From Proteromonas lacertae (Eukaryota), in assembly GCA_002245135.1 (NCBI GenBank), contig NGBS01000583.1, forward strand, positions 62,001 to 126,000: 64,000 nt of DNA, written 5' to 3'. The translations under genes were made by a program, and so were the position numbers. Numbering within the stretch: position 1 is the first letter of the stretch; the number at the start of each line of letters is the position of its first letter. Below, piece after piece: positions 1 to 10,749 of the stretch. The notes under the pieces are model-generated. The model made no database searches, had not been told where the DNA came from, and worked only from the letters and a program-made list of their open reading frames with translations.

Positions 1-234
1 CCAACGTGAAATGCAATGAAAGTGAAAAGCATGATTACATGCACCCCACGCGATCTATAGTGATCAAATAAATATATATACGGTGCATTCTCCTGTAGAC
101 TCTGACACTTGGCAATCTAAGCAAGGTTGCTGCAAATCGTTCCTACAAATAGCACATGTTACACTTTGTATATTATATGACCATAATGTAATAGCATTCC
201 ATGTTGATACTTGAATAATTTTATTATCTGACAT
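1..234 (-). CDS. RBX1: RING-box protein 1 (Rbx1/Roc1), 3' end runs off the window; missed by the ORF track
   Basis: Manual translation from ATG 234 with one 27-nt GT-AG intron gives MSDNKIIQVSTWNAITLWSYNIQSVTCAICRNDLQQPCLDCQVSESTGECT|IAWGACNHAFHFHCISRW, the Rbx1 RING-H2 signature. Confidence 0.9.
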
Positions 235-353
235 ATATGATCCTATAAATCAAAATTTTAAAAATATTTTGAAAAATATATTCGTTACAGAGTGAATAAA
301 AAATCAATTTATCAACTTATTAATAACAAATAAATAATATAACAATAATATAA

Positions 354-1706
354 TTATAATATAGATTCTATTTGTTGATATTCCTTCTTTTGGAATGAGT
401 TCTTCTTCACTACCATCATAATCTCATTATAAGAAACAAATATTGCTTCATACAATGATTCACTAATCTTAGCATCTCTCAATTTAGAGTGTAACAAATT
501 AATTAGAATATTTATTCTCTTAAATTGGTTTATTCTCTTATTTAAACATTCTAATAACATATTAACAATAGTGTTATCAATTGAGAATAGCATTACTCTA
601 TACAATAAAATAAGGTGATATAAAGTAGATTTCAATTCATCAAATATCTCAGTAATATCTTTTTCTCCTGAACTTATCATTCCTGCGCTTTGAATTGATT
701 CAACAGGTGATAATACTATTGGTAAACATTCAATTAAATTATTCAAATATTGGTTAAAAGAATTTGGATAATTCTTTGGTTTTTCTTGCAACAATGGAGA
801 TATAATATGTAATGAACAAACCATATAATTTTCATCATCAGTATTACAGCCATACTATTCATATTAATACATATATATATATATACATTAACAAGCGATT
901 GAACAATTGATATAATATCTTTATTATTTGGATTATTTAAATCATATTTTGTATTACTAAACTGGTTATTTACACCATCCATTAGCATCATTAATGAACG
1001 CATATAATTCTCCATTGCTTCATACTATTATATATATATTATTAATATACTGATGGTTGTTCTTCAGTCTTACACCAATTTTCAAACCTTTCACTCATAT
1101 AATGAAGTATATTTACATCATTTAATCTTGGCATCATTTCCATTGGTTGATAATGTAATAGTGATAAAACAAAATATGAACATTCATCTATTAATTCAGA
1201 TATTAATGAATTATTGATAATCCACAACAGCTTATTCAGAAATTCATTTTCACAGAATAATATCATGTATTTTACCCCATGATCTTTATTAATCTTCTCC
1301 AGCAGAATTGAAAACAGCTTAAACAGCTGAATCAATATTTGGGGAATATTACAACTCAAAGCAAGTGTATGTAACTGTTGGTAAAATTCATCTTGGCAAA
1401 ATATAGCATTAACTGCATTCATATCATATGCACATATGTTACACAAAATACCTAAATATATCTATGATTAAAGTAGTAGAGTGAATATACTTCCTTCTTT
1501 CTATTATCACTATCATTCAATCCATTACAAACATAATTTAATATATTGTTATGCAAAAAATTTCTGATTTAATATATCAACAATGAGTTATACTGAATAT
1601 TCTTGTTATCGTTACTGTATTCCCACAGCATAAGCCCAATAGTCTCTAGACTATTAGATTTAGGTTCTGCTGTTGAGAATTTCTTCAGCAATTCTCCTAT
1701 GTCCAT
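354..1706 (-). CDS. ARM/HEAT-like helical protein, SAAL1-like (4 short introns)
   Basis: Spliced ORF from ATG 1706 joins ORF fragments 1042-1446, 743-1015 and 354-824. The N-terminal LMLWEYSND...NFL...RKKEIYLGILCNIC resembles the SAAL1 WDMSxD...RxxEIxxGILGN motif (recognised from memory). Confidence 0.55.
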
Positions 1707-1778
1707 TAAAAATTAAAGAAATTAAATCCCAAATATTTATTCGTTTTTTTATGAGGTTTGAGAGTTTGTCAATAAAAA
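1500..1778. repeat. 279-bp direct repeat, copy 1 (5' flank, exon 1, intron 1 and part of exon 2 of the SAAL1-like gene)
   Basis: Identical by eye to 3281-3559 (offset 1781). Confidence 0.95.
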
Positions 1779-1924
1779 GTAACGGATTAATTTTTAGAAA
1801 AACATAAAATATAAAATACGCAAGATCTGTTAAAATAAAAAGAATAGAAATAAAAAAACTACTAAAATTGCTTTTATTTACCCAATAACAATTAAAAATG
1901 CGTTATAAACAAGATTTATTGAAT

Positions 1925-3094
1925 TTAATATTTGGAATAGTCAGGTTTTCTTACTGCCCAACGATAACTATCATGATAGCCAGGCATTTCTAATCCTAAA
2001 TCTTGAGCTACATGTCTTGGGAAGAAAGCATCTCTTAACACTCCTCTTCCGATTAACACTAAATCAGCTTCATCATTCACTATTAAATCATTCGCAATTT
2101 TACCATCACATATTCCACCAACTGCTGCACTTGGAATTCCCATCTTATGAATAGCTTTAGCATAAGGTAATTGATGATCCCAATTTGATGGGATTTTTTG
2201 ATCTTCAACTAAACCAGCACTACTTGCATTTATTAAATCTACTTCATATTTTTCATGTAATTCTTTTACTAACTTCAATGTATCGTCTAAAACAGTTCCA
2301 CCTTCTTTATAATCGGTACAACTTAATCGAACAAATAAAGGCATTTCTTTTGGAATTACTTTTCTCACTTCTACACAAATATCTTTTAATAATTTCGTTC
2401 TATCTACACCATATTCATCTTTACGATGATTACTTAATGGAGATAAAAATTCATGAATTAAAAATCCATGAGCAGCATGAATTTCTATAAAATCATATCC
2501 ACATTTTACTGCTCTTCCGGCTGTTTCTTTGAATTGTTTTACTATCTCTTTTATCTCTTCAATTGTTAATTCATGAGGTGTAGGCCAACTACCATATGCA
2601 ATTGCACTTGGAGCTTCAGTAACCCATCCTCCCTCTTCATCAGCTGGAATATAATCACGCTTAGATTTATCAGCACTTATAGGATACATAGAGCCTTTTC
2701 TTCCAGCATGACCTATTTGAATACCTATTTTACACCCTTCATTATGAACATAGTCAACTATTCTTTTATAATCTGGAATAAATGAGTTATCCCATAAACC
2801 TAAATCTCTATTAACTTTAATAAATCACTATATACTTAAAACTACTTCTTCCTTTTGGACAAACAGCTGTAACTTCTTGAATTATAAATCCAAAACCTGC
2901 TAAAGCGTAAGATCCTATTCAAATAGATAAATATCACATACCATATCTCACTATATGAAAATCAGTAGGATGTCCATCTTTTCCATCAAACTAATTGATT
3001 AAAATACAACTAATACCATTCCCATCGGTGGTATACCTAATCTATTAGGAAATGTTACTCCACGTAATTTAAATGATGTAAATAAATTTGACAT
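1925..3094 (-). CDS. Old Yellow Enzyme / NADH:flavin oxidoreductase, YqjM(NamA)-like class; 3 short introns
   Basis: Spliced: MSNLFTSFKLRGVTFPNRLGIPPMGM|FDGKDGHPTDFH...DLGLW...GIQIGHAGRKGS...IEIHAAHGFLIHEFLSPLSNHRKDEYG...ADLVLIGRGVLRD. Confidence 0.93.
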
Positions 3095-3277
3095 TATTGA
3101 TTTTAATGGAATAAAACAAAGAAAAGAATGATTTTTGTGTTTCTTATACTTGTAACGGTTAAGTGTTTCTGTAAACTTAAAACTATTCATTAGTATTTCT
3201 ACATAAACTAAATACATTTTGTTATCATTATATATATAGCACTTTAACCTAAAACTAGTTATTTATAAATAATCTTC

Positions 3278-3487
3278 TTATCTATTATCACTATCATTCA
3301 ATCCATTACAAACATAATTTAATATATTGTTATGCAAAAAATTTCTGATTTAATATATCAACAATGAGTTATACTGAATATTCTTGTTATCGTTACTGTA
3401 TTCCCACAGCATAAGCCCAATAGTCTCTAGACTATTAGATTTAGGTTCTGCTGTTGAGAATTTCTTCAGCAATTCTCCTATGTCCAT
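3278..3487 (-). pseudogene. Truncated 5' duplicate of the SAAL1-like gene (59 codons, stops at TAA just past the repeat edge)
   Basis: Lies in repeat copy 2. ATG 3487, same 30-nt intron, ends GAT AAT AGA TAA at 3280-3278. Confidence 0.8.
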
Positions 3488-3559
3488 TAAAAATTAAAGA
3501 AATTAAATCCCAAATATTTATTCGTTTTTTTATGAGGTTTGAGAGTTTGTCAATAAAAA
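3281..3559. repeat. 279-bp direct repeat, copy 2
   Basis: Identical by eye to 1500-1778. Confidence 0.95.
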
Positions 3560-3784
3560 ATTAAATTAATTCTTTAGTTGTTTTTATTCCCTATGCTGTA
3601 AAGGTATATAATAATGAATTTGAGATTATAGTTGGTGAGTAAGTGTATTTAACAAAATATTTTAATATGAATAAATCAAAAATATTTTAATAAATTATTT
3701 ATTATGAAACTAAATATGCTATTGTAAAGTAGAATATATAATACATATATAAAATAATATTTATTATTTATTATTATTACTTAT

Positions 3785-6700
3785 TTAATAATATGTTGTT
3801 TCAGACCATCTATTTGGATTATTCTGTTGAACTGTATTATTATTATTATATTTCTTATTTTTATCATTATTATATCTATTATTTCTATTCCTATTCATAC
3901 TCATTGCAGAATTCATATTATTCCTATTATTTCTATTATCACGATTTGACATAGTCTTTCTATAAAACCTAGATTGTTCAAACAGCGAATTACCAAACCT
4001 ACTTTCATATAAAATTTCATTTGCTGAGACTAAATAATTCAAATTATAAGTTAATGAATAAGATAAAGACTGCAATTTGGATGGTTCTTTTCTGTGGAAT
4101 AACACTGTGTTTGTAGTTTGATCCCAAGATGCTAATAACATTCCATCCACCATCATTTTACTGATTATACTATGAATTGTATTAGAATTGAGACAAAACA
4201 ATTCTTTTAATCTTTCTAATGATAAGGAGTCATAATAACCACTACAATTCAATACATATGTCTGTAGAGCAGTATCTTTAATCCAATGTTCTAAATTACT
4301 CTTAAATTTATCTAATTCATTATATTTAAATATATTCCATATTTCTAATGATTGAATTGCATTATTTGCTTCAATCCAATCACCATCTCTTAAACTAACT
4401 GTAGCATACATGACATTATCTTTAGCAGTTTCAGCTGGACCTAAAAACAATCTCTTTTCATAATTCATTAAATGATTTGTAAAACATCGATAATGATCAT
4501 TTATTCCAACTATATTGTGGTTTGATATTGCTAAGGATGGGACTATTACTATCATACATGATATGAAATAACACACTTCTATTAAATCTAAATTTATATG
4601 TTGAATTGAGGGTAATAATCTTCTTTTCTCTTGTTTTATTTCATCTGCAGTTTTTTCACCATTTATTACTTTATAATTTATTCCTAAATAATTAAATAAA
4701 TATATAAATATAATAGATAGATAGATGTTATTAAATCCCTAAGACAAATGCCTCATTAACTTCATAAAGTTATGATTACAATTGAATGGATGTATAATCA
4801 TTCAGACTCGTCATCTTGTTCTTCATTGGGATAATAATATTAATAATAATTAGTAATATATAGACAAGATAAATACCTTGTGCTAATAATTCTTTTGCTT
4901 TCTGTTTATATCCTTTAGGGAATAATAAACCAATTAAACAATTCATACAGTTAATATGATCACCCATTCTAAATGCAGCTAATCCTAATTGAGTTAATGC
5001 TCTATTATATAACACCTAAATAAATAAAATATATTGATTTATATATTAAAATAATGTAAGACTTTTATACAACTATAAGAATGACTTTTTATAACATTGA
5101 AATAGAGAAAAGAAAGTATTTATTCATATTCGAACCTATATATATCAATATTTATATTAAAATATCAATAATAACTCAGTTCGAATTTATACACAACATA
5201 TTATATATATATACCAGTAAACTATATTCATCAGGAGTAGTAGGAGTAATTGCTGGAATAATGGATTGTAATTGAGTTAATAACAACAAATCTCGAGCTT
5301 TCACAAACTTATCATGTATTGAGTAATAGTATATTAAACATAATATACATCTCTGTTTACAATATTCACTACCATTTTGATTAATATAAGTAACTAAATC
5401 TTCTAATTCTTTCTCCCAATCATGGTTCTTTATATTTACATTATTTGGTTGTTTTCCCCAACTTGCTGGGTTGGTGATTTGTATATCAAAGTTATCAGGG
5501 ATAGTTGTATTGGAATTAGAAGCAGGATGGTATTGTAGTTTATCACCAAATATTTGATAGAGTGTATAATCCTTATTTTGTTCATCTGCTAAATTATTGT
5601 GTTTATAATATCTATTAAAATATAATTATAAATAAATATTTATATCAAGATTTTATATATATATAATTAAGAGTGAGATTGTATATTATTTCAGTTGAAC
5701 TATACTATTAAATTCAACATGTGTTGATTTAGATAGAAATTTTGACATCATTATATAATATATAGAGTAATAAATAATAAAGAAATGTATATAATATTAA
5801 TAAATCAGTTGAGCAATAAAAGCCACATAATATATTCAGAGCGAAAGACAACCATCCTTTATTAATACAACAATAGTATTAGAATATATAAGTATTAATA
5901 TTAATAATCAGTTGAGCAATAAAAGCCACATAATATATTCAGAGCGAAAGACAACCATCCTTTATTAATATTAACACAATGATTAGAAGTAGTAATAGTA
6001 TATATTATATATAATCAGATTTAATGTAAGTTTGACTTCATATATTAAAGTCAGAGATTGTTCACAACCATCATTTATATATAATAATAATAATAATAAT
6101 ATTAATAAAGAAATAGATTAATATATACCTTAATTCAACTATCAATAATGATAATTGTGATGTAATATCTGGTTTATTCAGTTTCTTATAATAATCAACA
6201 CCTTTATATAATGTTTCTATCAATGGTAATTCATCAGGTAATCTTATTAAATAATCATTACTACTGCTATCTATATTCTTTAGACTCTTATTATAATCAC
6301 CTGTTAATCTATCTAATATTAATGATGGCATTAGTGGAACTGGGATTATATTTAACTATACAATATATAGTAATATATATTAATACATTGTCTGGTATTT
6401 GTGCATTAAATTCATATGTCAATAACAATTCATAATTTTCATTCTTTAATAATATATCTAATAATGTTGATAATATTCTAATAGATCTTCTCCATAAGTG
6501 AATAGATAAATGAGAATCAGGATCTTTATGAAATTCAGTCTATTATTAATAATATATATATATAATATATACAATTGTTGTAATTAATCCCAATCCAGTC
6601 ATAATCTTGTAATAGTCTTCATATTTCTGTGATTCATTATATAACTGTGTTAATATCATTATTTGTTCTACTTTATTCACTTTCTTACCTCTATTCTCCA

Positions 6701-7690
6701 TTGTTTTACAATATGTCTCTATTAGTTCATCTAATGTATTAATAACTAATTCTTTCATTCCATATTCATAATTTGCATTAATCTTCTCTTCTTTTCTCTT
6801 CTCTTTCTGTCTCTCTCCTCCTTGTACTGCTGTTACTTTCTTCTTTTCCATATCCTTCTTCATTTTCTCAATATCTTTTGGTTTTAATGTCCATTTATCT
6901 CTCTTAGATGTATAGACTACATTATCATCTTCATCTGAACTACTATCACTACTAGATGAGCTAAAGATATCCCATTCTTCATCCTCATTGGCTGTTGGTA
7001 ATACATCATCATCATCATCACTCTTTTCAACTTGTTGTTCATCTTCTTCTCTTTCTTCTTCTTTCTCTTCAAATGCATCAGGATTTTCTCGGCATTCATC
7101 TACTTTTTTTGCTGTGTTTTCATCTTGAAGTATTTTCTTCAACTATATATAACATATTATTATTATTATATAAAATATACAGTCTGTTTTACCTTTACAA
7201 ATGCCTTTGAGGTGATTTTTGATAATTGCTTTTGTTCAGTTTTAGATAGTTTAGCTACTGTGTCTTCAACTAATACTAAACATTGAATGTAACTCTTTGG
7301 TAAGCCTTCTGCCTCAATAATTTGCTTCAGTTTATCGCTAATTTGAGCATCAAGATTGGCAAGATCTATATGCAAAAATATTAAATTATTATTATACCTT
7401 CTACTAATCCAATCCAATCTTTGTTGTTGGCATGATGTCTAGTCATTGCTATTACAGTATTGAGTGTTTCAAAGTGTTTCTGACTAATATAAGCAATAAA
7501 AACAGTAAATATACCGATGACTTTTAGCAACTCTTGCTTCATCTTCATCAGAATCATCTGAATCACTAACAGCCCATCTTGAAGTTGGATTTGTTATCTT
7601 TTGATCAACAATTTCTTCTTCTGAATCAGAACTTTCTGGTGATTCTTCAGAATCAGAAGAATCACCAGCCCAAAATCGACTACCTTGCAT
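3785..7690 (-). CDS. EIF3C: Translation initiation factor 3 subunit C (eIF3c/NIP1); multi-exon, snoRNA host
   Basis: N-terminal SRFWAGDSSDSEE; LYNRALTQLGLAAFRMG; ELLAQG; H(I)NLDLIECVY; C-terminal PCI domain (YDSLSLERL...HSIISKMM...ASWDQ). Long introns at 4684-4876, 5016-5214 and 5612-6128. Confidence 0.95.
4735..4832 (-). ncRNA. SNORD15: Box C/D snoRNA U15 (SNORD15; guides equivalent to yeast snR13/snR75), intronic
   Basis: Minus strand: ATCCC stem, C box ATGAAGA, guide AGATGACGAG, D' CTGA, internal hairpin, guide GAGGCATTTG, variant D box CTTA, GGGAT stem. Both guides complement the conserved LSU stretch CAAATGCCTCGTCATCT, as in vertebrate U15. Confidence 0.9.
5052..5190 (-). ncRNA. Candidate box H/ACA snoRNA in eIF3c intron 5016-5214
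   Basis: Hairpin 1 closed by TTCGAAC/GTTCGAA, H box ATATGA (ANANNA), hairpin 2 closed by ACTTT/AAAGT, then ACA plus 3 nt. About 140 nt inside a 199-nt intron. Confidence 0.6.
5691..5751 (-). ncRNA. Box C/D snoRNA, guide for LSU UGAACUAUG (snR60/SNORD80-like A site)
   Basis: C box ATGATGT, guide GTATAGTTCA, D box CTGA, AT-rich terminal stem. The guide complements the conserved LSU sequence GGTGAACTATGC. Confidence 0.7.
5805..5858 (-). ncRNA. Box C/D snoRNA, tandem copy B (guides GTCTTTCGC and TTATTGCTCAA)
   Basis: Variant C box AGGATGG; TTGTCTTTCGCT-CTGA (D') complements LSU GGCGAAAGAC; TTATTGCTCAA-CTGA (D). Terminal TATTAATA stems. Confidence 0.7.
5908..5961 (-). ncRNA. Box C/D snoRNA, tandem copy A (core identical to 5805-5858)
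   Basis: Exact duplicate of the 5805-5858 core at offset 103, while the flanking spacers differ. Confidence 0.7.
6015..6074 (-). ncRNA. Box C/D snoRNA, guide for the LSU A-loop GAUUGUUCAC (yeast Um2921/snR52-like)
   Basis: C box ATGATGG, guide GTGAACAATC-T, D' CTGA, C' ATGAAG, D CTGA. The fifth-nucleotide rule points to the second U of GAUUGUUC. Confidence 0.78.
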
Positions 7691-7774
7691 TAATGCAGAA
7701 ATGCAAAAAAAGCTTGTTAAATTAGGCTTGAGTCTATTATTCTTTTTGCATTTTTTATTTTTGTTTTATAAAAA

Positions 7775-8051
7775 ATGATGGATCTAAGTGCTTTAATGGG
7801 TCAACAAGAAAAACCCAGATATAAGTATCAATATATAATCTATTTCGTTAGTAAATTAGCTGAACAAATAAAGAATATATTTCATCCAATGTGGGATGTA
7901 TTGGGAGATACTCCAGAGAAAAGAACAGAAAGAGTATATATATATATATTCATTATATTATTTCTTTTAGGCAAAATTTATGTTTCATACCACAGTATTT
8001 GCAGTAACATCATCTGTAATGTATTTCTATGGTGATCGTTTAGCTGTATAA
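7775..8051 (+). CDS. Small tail-anchored protein (about 70 aa), plant-Tom5/animal-Tom6-like; 2 introns
   Basis: Spliced: MMDLSALMGQQEKPRYNKLAEQIKNIFHPMWDVLGDTPEKRTERAKFMFHTTVFAVTSSVMYFYGDRLAV*. Single C-terminal TM segment followed by a YGDxxxV tail. Confidence 0.5.
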
Positions 8052-8133
8052 ATGTGTTATTTGTTTTTTTATTTATTCATTATGTTTTTTTTTAGTTAAT
8101 AACAAACTGTTTAAACAATAATATAAAAATAAT

Positions 8134-10416
8134 TTACACCCTTGATAATGCATATAAAAATTCATTTAACTCTTTAGGAACACCAATAGAAACAGGAATA
8201 TGTTGCCACATAAAATAGACAGATATTAACATCATCCATACTGCCACAATATGCAAGGCCTATTTAAATATATATATATATATATAAACGTAAAATACAT
8301 AACAATTGAAATTCATTAATGTGAATAACAACAAACATAGAGTAATCTCTGAAATAATAATATAATACTTTCTAATGAGAATAAATCTTTTAGATGTTTC
8401 AACTTTATCATTATTACTTGAGGTTTCTACCTTTTGTTGTGTAAAAGTCAATAAGAACTTATACTTCCAGTTTAAATAATAAAATGTTGTTAAACAAAAA
8501 TCAAGAACAAATGTTTGGATATACTTATACATATCTGAAGAATGATAAGTACCAGGTGGAGCACCAAAGAATCTTCTTACATCATAATAATATCCTAATT
8601 GTTGAGCCATAATACCAATCTTTGCCAATGCTACAATGAAAAATATTGAATGGTATCTTGTAACTTCATAGAGTAAATGAATGATTACCATCACTTGAAA
8701 TATAAACTGGATTAAACACATGAATGGAATTGAGTATGAAATAATATATTTAACATTTATTTCATGTATTAAAGACTCAGGAAAGAAAACTGTGTTAAAC
8801 TGATAAGCTAATATTGAAAATATCAATATCAATAAGGAAATATCTGGAAATTCACCTTGATCTTTTGGAATTACAGCTTTGACTACTTTGATTGTAAAAT
8901 AGAATGGAGATAATAATGAAATAGCTGTAAGGCCAAACAATATTGAAGCAACATAAGCACCTGAATATATTAAGATAAACTGAGCTGGATTAGGTAATTC
9001 TAAATTGAATCTGAATAAAACTTGAATACTATACATCATTATATAAAACATAAATATTCCTGTATCTTTTAACAATTGTAAATGATTTACTGGATTAATA
9101 ATATCAAATACATTAGAATCTGGTTTTACAAAGAATGTTAAAACACATAATAATAACATAAATACAGATGCAGCTGGTAAACGAGGACAATAATGAACAG
9201 TAAATAGTGTTTTATAATAGGAGAAAGTGATATTTACTTTTTCAAAATCTCTATAACCTCTAAGTAAATCATATTCTACTTGATTCTTTGGTATAATTGT
9301 ATGAACTAAATGATTATAAAATGCAGCAGTTCTTTCTTGAGGAGTTAAAAACGATCTTTTTGTTGCATTTGACATTAATGGTTGATTTGAATAAACATCC
9401 CACAACGTTTGAGTAAACAATTTTATCCATCTATTACAATAAACAACTTCATGATGATCTAAAGACATCAATAACCCATCTATATGTGATGTAGATAAAG
9501 TAAAACCAAATTCTGGAGAAACAAATGAATTAACCATCAAATCAGTTGGATATATAATCAAATCTCTCCATCCACCAACAATACCAAACACATTGAAAGA
9601 ATAATTTCCATTCTTTCTTAAGGATCTATAGGAATGAACTAAATAAGAATCCCATGAAACTGATGGTGATAAATGTGGAGATGATATTGTGATTAATGAT
9701 AGCACTTTATCAGTTTTCTATTGTTTATATATATATATGGATTAAGATGTATATATACACATTGTGATTGATATAATGACAAACGAGCAACTACACCACC
9801 CATCGAATGACCAATAATCAATATTTTTGTATCTTTATTGTAACTATTATAATACATATTAAATAATTAAAATACAATGATAAAATATTGTTAATAGCAT
9901 CACAAGCAAATTCTGCTTCCTCTTTCAATGAATTACCTGAATAAAAAGAACATTCTAAACCGAAATCTAAGGTATATAAATCAAAATAGGAGTTGTTTAA
10001 TTTGTGTTGTAAATCCAACAACTATTTAAATATTCAATTAAATAGAAAAATAATATTACCATTGTTCCAATATATTGAATATTTTGATATAATCCTCTAC
10101 TTCCAGGCATGAAGACAATTGGCTAAACTCCTTTGCTAATTGGATATGAGCGATCATAGTATCGATATAATGAATATTTATAATGCCATTTATTATAATT
10201 CTTACAAATTTCATTGGATTTAGTTTCGTTCACAGGAATTGAATCATAGATTGGAGATCTAATATCGTTAATTATATTATTGAATGTTTACGTTGGTAAT
10301 GGTGGACAGGATCCAACTGATGATATATTAATCAACATGAAGTAGTATCCTTGATATGCTGAATAACAGTATAAACATCCAATTACGAAAATCGAAGCTG
10401 TTACTAAATTAAACAT
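8134..10416 (-). CDS. PGAP1: GPI inositol-deacylase PGAP1/Bst1-like (in-frame TAG at 10125-10123)
   Basis: N-terminal TM, YKYSLYRY, PIVFMPGSRG, lipase motif IIGHSMGGVVAR, ITISSPH, GGWRDL, DHHEVVYC, multi-TM C-terminus; 5 short introns. Confidence 0.85.
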
Positions 10417-10749
10417 TAAAGTTTAAAATCAGTCGTGTTTATTCTTTCTTTTAATACTTATAATAATAACGTGTCTTTAAAAAATCAATTCATTTTTACA
10501 GGAAACATATATTCATCTCCCATATATATTCTCTAAACTAAAGAGAGAGTATCTCTCATTTCAACACTAACTTATACATCAATTACATTAATATGTCACA
10601 TAAAATTTAAATTTATATATTTTATTTATTCATATCTAATCATATTGATAGAGAAAAAAGTCAATACATTAAAATACAATTCTAATACACTAAAATACAT
10701 CAGAAAAAAATAGCTGTTATATTTTTTAATCTTCCGTTAATAACTTGAG

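Noticed and set aside
5803..5970. CRISPR-like repeat-spacer array
   Set aside because: Only two units, in a eukaryotic intron, with no cas genes; explained by duplicated snoRNAs.
10123..10125. Genome-wide stop-codon reassignment (TAG as sense)
   Set aside because: TAG, TAA and TGA all terminate genes at expected positions here, and long ORFs contain no other internal TAG.
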